Position numbers and translations under genes: made by a program. A stretch of 64,000 nucleotides of DNA, taken from sequence record PZ445134.1. One strand, 5' to 3'. The notes beneath the pieces were generated by a model, which was not told where the DNA came from, did not search any database, and saw only the letters and a list, made by a program, of their open reading frames with translations. Positions 28,691 through 37,527 of the stretch are shown one piece after another; position 1 is the stretch's first letter, and the number at the start of each line of letters is the position of its first letter. The DNA is from a phage.

Positions 28691-29692
28691 TTATTTCAGT
28701 AAAGTAACTTCCGAGATTTCCTCCCAACCATCTTTATCAGTTGAAATAAAATCTGCTACGTAAAGAGCCGTACGTAATGATACATTGCGAAGACGAGATA
28801 CGTTAGCCTTCATCCAGGACAATGCTTTATACGTTTCTGCATCTGTCAGACCACGTTTCTGCATCATGTCAGTAGATAATATTACATCTTCAACTCGAAC
28901 CATAATCTCTTCATTAGAGTGTACTCCAAGGTCGAGATACACTGAACGAGATACTAAAGCTTGAAGGTGCGGGGCAAGCTTCGAACCGCGTTCTAACTCT
29001 TTATCGATATCAACGTTTGTAATGAAAACGATAGTACCTTCAAACTCAAATTCTTTATCAATACCCTTATCATCGAGATAAGATGACGCAGTGCTCCAGC
29101 AAACTTTGCGTTTATCTCCGGTATCTAATGCTGCTTTAAGAAGGTTCAAGATGTCCATATCTGAGAATACGTCAACGTCGTCGATTAAGAGAACGCTGTC
29201 TGCATCACGGTTGAGCCAAAGTTGTTCGTAAAGGCCAATACCGGAGATTTTACCATTAATGCTTTTGTATTTGATGAAACCATTATCATTAGCATTATTA
29301 AGTGCTTTATCCAGAGAATACGTCTTACCAATACCAGCTGCACCTGAAATAATGAGTGAACGAATTTTGCCATCGATAATGCCATTCGTCATCATGTTCA
29401 TTACTTTAAAGCGTTTGTTGATACGAGTTTTCATATCTTCAGTGCTTTCAACAACTGAAACTGGTGACGTCTCAGCTCCTTCCATTACGATGTCTGATTT
29501 GAAGACCCATACTCCACGTTCAGAACCATCAATCATAACGAAAATTTTACCATCACCTAAGTGGGAACATTCAGGATTAAGCTTTGCCGGAAACCATGTC
29601 TTTGTGGCAACATAAGAACCAGAGATTTCGTTATTACGATAGATACCTTTTTTGATTTGAACGTTGAACATTTTATTCTCCAATTTACTCAT
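28691..29692 (-). CDS. P-loop ATPase (AAA-like)
   Basis: 333 aa; Walker A GAAGIGKT, Walker B LLIDDVD. Confidence 0.65.
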   Translation of the reverse strand: MSKLENKMFNVQIKKGIYRNNEISGSYVATKTWFPAKLNPECSHLGDGKIFVMIDGSERGVWVFKSDIVMEGAETSPVSVVESTEDMKTRINKRFKVMNMMTNGIIDGKIRSLIISGAAGIGKTYSLDKALNNANDNGFIKYKSINGKISGIGLYEQLWLNRDADSVLLIDDVDVFSDMDILNLLKAALDTGDKRKVCWSTASSYLDDKGIDKEFEFEGTIVFITNVDIDKELERGSKLAPHLQALVSRSVYLDLGVHSNEEIMVRVEDVILSTDMMQKRGLTDAETYKALSWMKANVSRLRNVSLRTALYVADFISTDKDGWEEISEVTLLK

Positions 29693-29740
29693 TTCGTTTC
29701 GATAGGTTTATAATAACATGTTTAAAGCAAAAGTAAACAA

Positions 29741-29959
29741 TTATTTGCGACGAGATTTTTTGGTAAGAGGTTGAAAGAACACTGCTTTACCTGCAGGAGT
29801 CAAAGTAACTCGTAATGCATTACCGATTCCCAAGGATGCTTTAACAAGACCTTTAGATTTCAGTTCACCGAATGCTTGACGTTGGTCTGCATCACGAGTG
29901 TTAACCATAAGACCTTTATCACCAGCTTCACGAATCATTTCTAACATTTTGGTTTTCAT
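29741..29959 (-). CDS. hypothetical protein
   Basis: Start at internal ATG (MKTKMLEM) with GAGGAG SD. Confidence 0.45.
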   Translation of the reverse strand: MKTKMLEMIREAGDKGLMVNTRDADQRQAFGELKSKGLVKASLGIGNALRVTLTPAGKAVFFQPLTKKSRRK

Positions 29960-30063
29960 TTTGTTCTCCTCTTGTTTTGATAGGTCTATAATAACATATC
30001 CTAAAAGTATGTACACTACTTTTTAAAAATATTTTGACCCCCTAAAGGGCCCTAAGGCCCTTA

Positions 30064-31053
30064 TCATTTATAGTATGAATTGTGGTTTTCTAAGTAGACT
30101 TGCTCAAGGAAGTCATCCCAGAAACTCATATCTACTTTTTGCTGCATACCATTCTTGGAAGCTTGTTCTGACGCATGTTCAACTTGGTCAACGATATCTT
30201 CTAGGAATTCTTGTACAGTTTTAAACGTATGTTTACCAAGCTTAACATCGAGAATAAATGGAGCATCCTGAAGTGGGTAAACCAGGTCGCCGGTTTTGTA
30301 AATTTCCAATAGTTGAAGTCCACCGCGACATGCATGACTCAGTGCTTTCCAGTCAATACCTTCGTTAGCTTCTGCCTTACGAGCACGTTCACCATAGTTC
30401 TCTTCCAGTTTAACCAGGATGGCATTGAACTCTTTATTGGTTAATGTGTCTTGGAATTTACGGTCCAACAGATTATAGAATGTTTGCTTACCTGTTTTCT
30501 CGTTTTCGGTTTCAACCCATGAAGCAAATTCACCTACAGGCAGAACATTCTTCATATGTGATAAACGAATTACTGCACCATTATCAAAGTATTGTCCCCA
30601 TTCATTAGAACGTTTAAGGGCTTGTCGAAGAACAGCCAGTCGAGAACCCTTGACACCATATTTAGAAGCTTGCTTACGGACATACCCTAAATAAGATTTC
30701 ATGTTAGTAGTATAGAAACGAGACCTGTTATCTTGAATATACTTCCACACGTCAGGCAAATCAGATTTAACTACTAAACTTGGTGGAGTGTGAAGCATAT
30801 CTAATGCGACAGTTTCACCATCCGCAGCTAGTTTAAAGAAATATTTGAGACTATACAACTCATGGTCCACGTCGTCTTTTGTGTTCTTAGAAGATGTGTT
30901 ATTCGTGTTCTTGCTCATATGTTCTTTAACGTTACCGGTCAAGATGTCACGAGCATGAGGGACATAAATTTCTTTAAAATCGACGTCAGATTCAGGAGTA
31001 GACGTTCCATAAAGGTGGCTACCAAAGTAGCCTTTCATAATTGTTTTCATCAT
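30064..31053 (-). CDS. nucleotidyltransferase-fold protein (Pol-beta superfamily)
   Basis: 329 aa; N-terminal GSHLYGTSTPESDVDF (GS-x9-[DE]-x-D-x-D NTase signature). Confidence 0.55.
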   Translation of the reverse strand: MMKTIMKGYFGSHLYGTSTPESDVDFKEIYVPHARDILTGNVKEHMSKNTNNTSSKNTKDDVDHELYSLKYFFKLAADGETVALDMLHTPPSLVVKSDLPDVWKYIQDNRSRFYTTNMKSYLGYVRKQASKYGVKGSRLAVLRQALKRSNEWGQYFDNGAVIRLSHMKNVLPVGEFASWVETENEKTGKQTFYNLLDRKFQDTLTNKEFNAILVKLEENYGERARKAEANEGIDWKALSHACRGGLQLLEIYKTGDLVYPLQDAPFILDVKLGKHTFKTVQEFLEDIVDQVEHASEQASKNGMQQKVDMSFWDDFLEQVYLENHNSYYK

Positions 31054-31523
31054 TTAGCCTTATATTCAAGAGTAGGACAGACTTTTTCTTTACGAGCTTT
31101 AAGGTATTCACCTATTAATGATTTCTTACGTTCAATAGGTTCAAGTCCATTTTTAATTCGTTCTTGGTTTTGTGCAATGAACTCAATTTCTTTATAATAT
31201 TTTCTGTCGTTATATTTGTCTAACAACCAAGACGGACCAATTACCAACACGGTAGCAATAAAAGCCATGACTGCTACAATTAAAATGCCTACACCAATTG
31301 AGGCTGGAACTAATGTCCATAGACTGCTAAAAACAAAGAATTTAGTTAAAATTTCCTGGCCAATGATTGTTACTGCTGCTAAAATCGCAAATCCAATAAT
31401 TGAAACAGCCAATACTGGGATTAACGTTTTCCAAAAATAAGCACACAACGTTTTCGGGCGATTCCATGTACTATTGAACGCGGCATAAATTTTAAAGTGC
31501 CAAGAGTTTTCATTGATAATCAT
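31050..31523 (-). CDS. membrane protein
   Basis: 157 aa with multiple hydrophobic helices. Confidence 0.55.
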   Translation of the reverse strand: MIINENSWHFKIYAAFNSTWNRPKTLCAYFWKTLIPVLAVSIIGFAILAAVTIIGQEILTKFFVFSSLWTLVPASIGVGILIVAVMAFIATVLVIGPSWLLDKYNDRKYYKEIEFIAQNQERIKNGLEPIERKKSLIGEYLKARKEKVCPTLEYKAK

Positions 31524-31532
31524 AATAATTCC

Positions 31533-32063
31533 TTATTTCAAAGTCGGGATAATAGAATCAAGATAAGCTTTAAGAGCAACTGCTTCATCTTTGTCTAATG
31601 TAACGATATGTTGACGAAGGTCATCAATTTGACGAATAACTACGACATCACCATCTTCATAAGAAGGATTAACGCCTAAGACCGTTGTAGAGTCAGGGTT
31701 GGCTGGATTTGTAATAAAAGCATTACGGCATTTAGCCCATTGAAGTTTGGCCTTTTTGGCTGTTTCAGATTCCACGAATTCTTTCACCTTAGTGACGAAT
31801 GTTTTCCAATTATTAATAGAAAAACATTCGTCTTCAGTTTCGATATTAACACCACTATAAAGTCCATGATAAAAACGAACTTGAAGGTCTTCGTCAATGT
31901 TAATTACAGATGCATGGCCTGGTGGATTGAGTTTCAAAATCTTGTCAAGTTCCATAGGAAGAATAGTAGCAGCATCATCTTCTTGTGTCAGAACATACAC
32001 ATAACCACGTTTTTCGATACATAAATCACCAAACAACTCGGTTGTTTCAATTACAGTTTTCAT
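31533..32063 (-). CDS. hypothetical protein
   Basis: Start at ATG 32063 (MKTVIETT); ORF-track start 32075 is TTG. Confidence 0.55.
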   Translation of the reverse strand: MKTVIETTELFGDLCIEKRGYVYVLTQEDDAATILPMELDKILKLNPPGHASVINIDEDLQVRFYHGLYSGVNIETEDECFSINNWKTFVTKVKEFVESETAKKAKLQWAKCRNAFITNPANPDSTTVLGVNPSYEDGDVVVIRQIDDLRQHIVTLDKDEAVALKAYLDSIIPTLK

Positions 32064-32064
32064 A

Positions 32065-32244
32065 TTATTCACCAATTAAAGTTTCAACAAAATTCACCAA
32101 AGCATTCTGACAAGCATCAACCTGATTTTCATAAAAGTCTACATTATCATTTACCGCATGATAAGCTACATCATTCAAATCTGAATCAGCTTCGCGCAAG
32201 TCACGAATAAGGTCCATCAATTTATTAGCTTGTTCACGGGTCAT
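32065..32244 (-). CDS. small hypothetical protein (~59 aa), coordinates approximate
   Basis: Hand translation MTREQANKLMDLIRDLREADSDLNDVAYHAVNDNVDFYENQ...; stop abuts downstream start (TAATATG). Confidence 0.3.
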   Translation of the reverse strand: MTREQANKLMDLIRDLREADSDLNDVAYHAVNDNVDFYENQVDACQNALVNFVETLIGE

Positions 32245-32408
32245 TTTACCATACTCGTTTCAATAAGATTCACTATGCCGTTTACCATGTTATAAGTAAA
32301 CATCGGATAATTATATTGTACTACAACATAAGCGATAAGCAAAAGTTTCATTTTGTTCTCCATTTGTTTTGGTAGGACTATGTTATAGTAGTCCTACCAA
32401 GACGTAAA

Positions 32409-32666
32409 CTACCGATTATGTTTTAAATGTTGATAAAGTTCTTCAACTTGTTTAGGGTCCAAAACAATTAAGTCATTTTCTTGGCGAAGGTAAATCCATC
32501 CCTTATCCCCAGGACCATTTTTACAAAACATCACCACCGTATCATCATCTTCAGCGCTTTCAGGTAAAAGTTCAAGTACACCGTCTTCAGATTTTCCAGT
32601 ATAATCGTAAAGCATAATGTCCTCACATAATCTCGTTAACATACATTTGCAATTCGGTGTGGGCAT
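32409..32666 (-). CDS. hypothetical protein
   Basis: 85 aa ORF. Confidence 0.45.
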   Translation of the reverse strand: MPTPNCKCMLTRLCEDIMLYDYTGKSEDGVLELLPESAEDDDTVVMFCKNGPGDKGWIYLRQENDLIVLDPKQVEELYQHLKHNR

Positions 32667-32841
32667 CTGCCATCTTTTTCATAGCTCTGTTAATGTCGAT
32701 GTCTCCATCTTCGCAACCATGAGCATTTTCCCAATCGGATACAGCGTTAGCGTACTCTTCAATCAAAAACATTAACTTAGAAATTTTTTCTTTACGTGAC
32801 ATAACGTTCTCCTCTAGTAAGTAAGGTCTACTATAACACAA
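32623..32841 (-). CDS. hypothetical protein
   Basis: 72 aa ORF. Confidence 0.4.
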   Translation of the reverse strand: MCYSRPYLLEENVMSRKEKISKLMFLIEEYANAVSDWENAHGCEDGDIDINRAMKKMADAHTELQMYVNEIM

Positions 32842-32868
32842 CCTGAGGAGAAGTAAACTGCTAAATGC

Positions 32869-32896
32869 AAAAAAGCCCCAACCTTTCGGAAGGGGC
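32869..32896 (-). terminator. rho-independent terminator, copy 1 of 3
   Basis: Minus strand GCCCCUUCC-GAAA-GGUUGGGGC hairpin followed by U5-6. Confidence 0.6.
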
Positions 32897-32901
32897 TTTG
32901 A

Positions 32902-33459
32902 TTAGTTTTTGTAATATCGTAAAGGGTTGATATGGAATGAAAGCATTGCGCGTGGAATAGGACGACTCAAAAGACTCTTAAGTTTCCAACCACAGTAAAC
33001 ACGCAGATAAAATGTAATACCACCAACCTTAAGATAAGGTATAGCAGCGAATAATCCCCATGCCGACTCGTTCCAAACTAAAAGATATCCATGATGTGCC
33101 GGATCAGGAGATCCAGATTTAGTTTCGGCGTTGCCTTTATAGTGCCATTCTGATGAAGCTTCGCGACCTAAAACATGATACGAAAAATTATATGCTTTGT
33201 TGCGCCATAGCCAAGCTACGCGTTGAGCATATTTACCTATAACAGGAATTTTACGTATTTTAGACCAACGTTCAACATGGCCGCGGTCACCATCGATAGG
33301 ATTATCGTAAGTCATCATCCAGTCAAAGCCATAAGGTAGTTTACCGGTTTTTTCACTATGGAATGGAACTACAAATGGTGCTAGAATAATTGCTAAAATC
33401 GCTGCGATCCAATCTATAGGAACAAGAACAACCCAACTTATGTATTTTAAAAATTTCAT
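32902..33459 (-). CDS. membrane protein
   Basis: 185 aa; N-terminal TM segments. Confidence 0.5.
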   Translation of the reverse strand: MKFLKYISWVVLVPIDWIAAILAIILAPFVVPFHSEKTGKLPYGFDWMMTYDNPIDGDRGHVERWSKIRKIPVIGKYAQRVAWLWRNKAYNFSYHVLGREASSEWHYKGNAETKSGSPDPAHHGYLLVWNESAWGLFAAIPYLKVGGITFYLRVYCGWKLKSLLSRPIPRAMLSFHINPLRYYKN

Positions 33460-33492
33460 ATATCCTCTCTTAGTTTACAAGGATATTTATAC

Positions 33493-33519
33493 AAAAAGCC
33501 CCAACCTTTCGGAAGGGGC
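33493..33519 (-). terminator. rho-independent terminator, copy 2 of 3
   Basis: Same 22-nt hairpin as 32875..32896 followed by U-run. Confidence 0.6.
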
Positions 33520-33526
33520 AGGTAAA

Positions 33527-33829
33527 TTAGATAGATTTAGGCTCTAATTTTATTTTCATGAACTCTGCAAATTGTCTGGCAGTTTTTATGCCTTGTTCAT
33601 GACATTCAAATGCATCATCACAGGGGCTATTTTTGTAATGCTTTGCCATATACTTATAAAATTTTTCAGAATTCTCAACATTTTGAATTTCGAACAAAGT
33701 ATATACGTTTTTAATCCCTGATTCCATAAAGTTGTCAAAGTACGGGTCGACATATGCAGTGCCAACTATAGGAGTTGTTGCTGCAAAAAACCCCAGCATC
33801 GCCACGATGGCTATCGCTCTTAAGGCCAT
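33527..33829 (-). CDS. secreted/periplasmic protein
   Basis: 100 aa; signal-peptide-like N-terminus MALRAIAIVAMLGFFAATTPIVGTA. Confidence 0.5.
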   Translation of the reverse strand: MALRAIAIVAMLGFFAATTPIVGTAYVDPYFDNFMESGIKNVYTLFEIQNVENSEKFYKYMAKHYKNSPCDDAFECHEQGIKTARQFAEFMKIKLEPKSI

Positions 33830-33841
33830 ATAGGCCTCCTG

Positions 33842-34054
33842 TTAATTTTGGCCAGTATTTATTTTTCGCCTTTGGACGGCCTTAACATCTGCGAGGTATT
33901 TTTCCAGCTTGCGCTTGCGTGTATAATCTGCTTTAGAACCAGTTTGACGGATATCCTCGTTTAAATGAGAAATAGAATGTCCTAATTCTCTTCGGATTTC
34001 ATCCAATTGGGTTACAGTAAGATTACGAAGTTGTCTTTCGTTTAATTGCTGCAT
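33842..34054 (-). CDS. hypothetical protein
   Basis: 70 aa basic ORF. Confidence 0.4.
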   Translation of the reverse strand: MQQLNERQLRNLTVTQLDEIRRELGHSISHLNEDIRQTGSKADYTRKRKLEKYLADVKAVQRRKINTGQN

Positions 34055-34081
34055 ATATACCTCTTGGTTAGATATTAGTAT

Positions 34082-34663
34082 TTATAACAACCCTGTCAAA
34101 TCATTCCAATGCTTCCGGCATAATGACACATATCTATCAGTATCACCAATTTCAATTTGACTGCCATCTGTAATTGGAAGTCCGTCTTCCGTGACTCTAG
34201 CTACCATTGTGGCCTTTTTACCACAATGACAGACACCTTTAAGTTCAACAAGCTTATCGGCAATAGCCATTAATGCTTGAGAACCTTCAAATAGATTACC
34301 TTTAAAATCTGTTCGTAGTCCATATGCCATTACCGGCACATTGTATACGTCAACAATACGACTAAGTTGATACACCTTTTCAGTAGTTAAGAACTGAGCT
34401 TCGTCAACAAATACACAATGAATATCCTTTTGTGCTGCGGCCCATTTATAGAATTCAAAGATATCCATGTCTTTTGTAATTATATTGGCGTCCTGACGAA
34501 TACCAATGCGAGAAACGACTTCACAGACAGAATCGCGAGTATCAATAGCAGGCTTAAGAACTAATACACCCATTCCGCGTTCTTTATAATTATGCGCAGC
34601 AGTCAAAAGAGAAGCAGATTTTCCAGCATTCATTGCTGCATAAGTAAAAATTAAACTCGCCAT
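34082..34663 (-). CDS. tk: thymidine kinase
   Basis: 193 aa; P-loop MNAGKSASLL, VDEAQF, zinc ligands CHCG...C; same length as T4 Tk. Confidence 0.9.
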   Translation of the reverse strand: MASLIFTYAAMNAGKSASLLTAAHNYKERGMGVLVLKPAIDTRDSVCEVVSRIGIRQDANIITKDMDIFEFYKWAAAQKDIHCVFVDEAQFLTTEKVYQLSRIVDVYNVPVMAYGLRTDFKGNLFEGSQALMAIADKLVELKGVCHCGKKATMVARVTEDGLPITDGSQIEIGDTDRYVSLCRKHWNDLTGLL

Positions 34664-34672
34664 ATCACCTTC

Positions 34673-34858
34673 TTAAAGCGTATTCACATAAGCTATTAAT
34701 TCGTTTTCTTTCTTATCAAACCGGTCAGCAAATTCTTCTTGTTGTTCGGGAGATAGCGGGCCGTATTCATCATAAAAGGTGTTTGCTTCTGCATGCTCAT
34801 CTAGAAGTTCATGGATAAGCTCAAACAATTTATCTTTTTGTTCTTTACTCAGACTCAT
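34673..34858 (-). CDS. hypothetical protein
   Basis: 61 aa acidic ORF. Confidence 0.4.
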   Translation of the reverse strand: MSLSKEQKDKLFELIHELLDEHAEANTFYDEYGPLSPEQQEEFADRFDKKENELIAYVNTL

Positions 34859-35024
34859 ATATTAATTTCCAGGAGTTTTAAAATAATTCGCTTTTGCTTA
34901 AATATTTCCGTAGTTAAATGGTCAGTATCTTTTTGACCGATTCCAATGGCAAAACCTTTATTAACAGCGAGTTCAATTAAATTATCAAGCTCACGTAACA
35001 CTTCATATTGTAACTCAAAACTAT

Positions 35025-35252
35025 TCATTTTGGTTTACCTTCTTTAACGAAATCGGGATAAGGATAAAATCCTGAATAAAATCCTTCACCTTTATGATTG
35101 ATGCATCCTTTATTAGAACAATAGCACCAATAGTCGAAATCACAAGCCATTTCATCATTACATAAAGCAAAAACTACAGGCCATTCGCATTTTTCGCATT
35201 TAGCACCTGTAAGAATTTTTGTTTGACTCATAGCCATGTCACCTTTAAGCAA
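35025..35252 (-). CDS. hypothetical Cys-rich protein
   Basis: 75 aa; CEKCEW...CNDEMAC...CYC. Confidence 0.4.
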   Translation of the reverse strand: MLKGDMAMSQTKILTGAKCEKCEWPVVFALCNDEMACDFDYWCYCSNKGCINHKGEGFYSGFYPYPDFVKEGKPK

Positions 35253-35455
35253 TATTCTTCTACATGTTGTTTACGGCCTTTCTTATCAATAAAGGTATAT
35301 TCAACGAATGTTCCGATGTAGTCTTTATCTACATCATGTGGACTATTAATTGGACATTTGGTACGACAAATGCGTTCCCATTGACGAATAATTACTGCCT
35401 TATTCTTTGGGTCATATGGATGTGGATAATGTATATTCATAATAATGGTTCCCAA
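35228..35455 (-). CDS. hypothetical protein
   Basis: 75 aa ORF. Confidence 0.4.
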   Translation of the reverse strand: MGTIIMNIHYPHPYDPKNKAVIIRQWERICRTKCPINSPHDVDKDYIGTFVEYTFIDKKGRKQHVEEYCLKVTWL

Positions 35456-35934
35456 TCAACAATCACAATTTCTAGTTTAGTGGAATATGTATCTAAAATC
35501 TCTTCGATTATATCCCAGTTTCCACCACCAATACCTGCACCAATTCTTGGCATATAAATTACAGGCTTTGTTATCTTATTCTTTCCGAATTCATTTAATT
35601 CTATTATACAATTCATTAAAGCAGAGTACTCAAAATTAGGTCCCGGCTCAAACTGTGTATAAAGATTAAAGCAATAAGCTTTATGGGTCTTAAAATATTT
35701 TTCATAAACCGAATAAGTCCCGAGTTTAGACTCGTCTCCGAATTCGGTTTGAAGTTTATCGGCTTCTAAAATTTTTGGATAAGCCTTTGCTAATTGTCCT
35801 GCCACACCGGCGCCCATTGTATGAAAACAATTACACCCATGAGCGATATTATTACCTTTAGAAAACAGGGCGACGATATCGCCCTTGATATAGTTTTTAA
35901 TCACTTGCTGCAAGTCCTCTAGTATAAGAGTCAA
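35437..35934 (-). CDS. macro-domain protein (ADP-ribose binding/hydrolase-like)
   Basis: 165 aa; GDIVALFSKGNNIAHGCNCFHTMGAGVAGQLAKAYP aligns with macro motif (N-x-A-N...G-G-G-V-x-G-A-I); distal PRIGAGIGGG. Confidence 0.65.
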   Translation of the reverse strand: MTLILEDLQQVIKNYIKGDIVALFSKGNNIAHGCNCFHTMGAGVAGQLAKAYPKILEADKLQTEFGDESKLGTYSVYEKYFKTHKAYCFNLYTQFEPGPNFEYSALMNCIIELNEFGKNKITKPVIYMPRIGAGIGGGNWDIIEEILDTYSTKLEIVIVDWEPLL

Positions 35935-36244
35935 CTAGGCGGTCTACCATAGAATTGCATGCTGCCTTATCTTTAGGTTCCGCCACCGAGCATTCTAATA
36001 TTTGCCATTTTTTATGATATCGTTTAATTAAGGTAGACGCCTTGAACCTACTAGACGCCCCATCTTTTTCTCCGTCTTTATACGCATATAACAATTTTTG
36101 TGAAAAATCTACTTTACACTCTTGACTTTTACCGCAATAATCAGACGCTGTTCTGTTTGTATACTCCGTTACATCAGTATATGTAGTATTAGCAAGAGCG
36201 TTAAATGAAACCAAGCCAACTATTAAAGCCAACATTTTGGTCAT
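35897..36244 (-). CDS. secreted protein
   Basis: 115 aa; signal peptide MTKMLALIVGLVSFNALA; ATGA coupling with upstream gene. Confidence 0.5.
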   Translation of the reverse strand: MTKMLALIVGLVSFNALANTTYTDVTEYTNRTASDYCGKSQECKVDFSQKLLYAYKDGEKDGASSRFKASTLIKRYHKKWQILECSVAEPKDKAACNSMVDRLVDSYTRGLAASD

Positions 36245-36783
36245 TCTTTTATTTCCAGTAGTTTATTTGATTTAAGGTAATTAGCCTTTTCTAGGACTTC
36301 AGAAGCATATTTACTTCCAGCACTTGTCTTCCATCCCGCATTATATGAGGATATAGCCTTTCTTATATCCCCATTATGTATATTTAACCAATAAGAAAAT
36401 TCGATATAAGCCCATCTGGCTGAATTAGACCGCTTAGATAGCATTTTCTTAATTTGGGCATCAGTCATATTATAACCAAGCTGGTTAATTCTTGCCCTCA
36501 TTGTTGGTAGATAATTTTGGAACATTCCATACGCATGGTGACCTTTCTTATCTTTAAGATTAATACCGGCAGATGATTCCTGCCATAGTATTGCGGCCAT
36601 TATGTATCCAAGTCCTTTCTTATGCATATTTTCATGCGTTTTAAATTTTCCATCCTTAGAAAACTGTTCCCCAAACTGATAAGCATAATTCAAGTTATCG
36701 AGTTGGACATTACTAAAAGTATGCTCGGAGCTATGTGCTGATAATGAAAGAGCAAATAGACCAGCGAGTAGTGCTTTTCTCAT
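36241..36783 (-). CDS. periplasmic lytic transglycosylase-like (SLT-domain) protein
   Basis: 180 aa; signal peptide; AILWQESSAG...GHHAYGMFQ...YNAGW resembles SLT catalytic Glu-Ser and YNxG motifs. Confidence 0.55.
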   Translation of the reverse strand: MRKALLAGLFALSLSAHSSEHTFSNVQLDNLNYAYQFGEQFSKDGKFKTHENMHKKGLGYIMAAILWQESSAGINLKDKKGHHAYGMFQNYLPTMRARINQLGYNMTDAQIKKMLSKRSNSARWAYIEFSYWLNIHNGDIRKAISSYNAGWKTSAGSKYASEVLEKANYLKSNKLLEIKE

Positions 36784-36791
36784 GTTTACCT

Positions 36792-37250
36792 CTAGATTTT
36801 AATCACTGCTTTAGAAGCTTTTCCTGGTAGTCGTTTACTGTTAATAATAGCCATTCTGCATTGAAGAGTCTTCATTTTGAACGCTGGATTTTCGCGACAA
36901 ACTGTAAGTCCTAACCAAAGATTTCCATCAGTTATTTCTAAACGGCCTGGGCGATATTCAACACCTTCGACAAAATCTTCATCAACATCTGGACGTGCCG
37001 GCATTGATAAAAATTCTGCAACTTCTTTAACATGATTTTTTACTTTACGAAATAATTCAAAAACGTAGTTCTCATCTATTTCTCTCTGGATGGCACGATC
37101 TAAGAGATGTTGAGAATACTTGATATGAAAGCCTGGTAGTCCAAGAGACTTTGCAGCATCTTTTATACCGGCATTTATTTTGCGGAACTCCGTTTCAAAG
37201 ATTCGACGGAGTTTATTACGGCGGATAAAAACGTCAGAATTGATAGTCAT
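36792..37250 (-). CDS. regB: endoribonuclease RegB
   Basis: 152 aa; MTINSDVFIRRNKLRR...LQCRMAIINSKRLPGKASKAVIK near-identical to my recall of T4 RegB. Confidence 0.9.
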   Translation of the reverse strand: MTINSDVFIRRNKLRRIFETEFRKINAGIKDAAKSLGLPGFHIKYSQHLLDRAIQREIDENYVFELFRKVKNHVKEVAEFLSMPARPDVDEDFVEGVEYRPGRLEITDGNLWLGLTVCRENPAFKMKTLQCRMAIINSKRLPGKASKAVIKI

Positions 37251-37278
37251 TTTGATTTCTCCTCTAGTTGACAGGTCT

Positions 37279-37307
37279 ATAGTAACACAACTAGAGGAGA
37301 AGTAAAC
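37279..37307 (-). promoter_or_regulatory. T4-type early promoter inside a 13-bp inverted repeat whose 3' arm contains the regB SD
   Basis: Minus strand GTTTAC-17 nt-TACTAT; flanked by UCUCCUCUAGUUG/CAACUAGAGGAGA inverted repeat. Confidence 0.5.
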
Positions 37308-37311
37308 TACT

Positions 37312-37527
37312 TTATTGATAAAATGGAGTTAAAGCCCAAGATTCTTTAGATACCATATCGGCGAAATGCCTCATCTCTTCGATTTGGCGACGACGCTGGT
37401 CAGCGTAGTCTTCTTCGCCTTCTTCCTTACAATCTTCAAGGTCTTCTTCAAGATACTTTAAGTATTCACTACAAATTTTGTTGACCTTTTCTTGAAAGTC
37501 TAATAACCCTGTAATAGTAGAAGCCAT
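37312..37527 (-). CDS. hypothetical protein
   Basis: 71 aa acidic ORF. Confidence 0.45.
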   Translation of the reverse strand: MASTITGLLDFQEKVNKICSEYLKYLEEDLEDCKEEGEEDYADQRRRQIEEMRHFADMVSKESWALTPFYQ

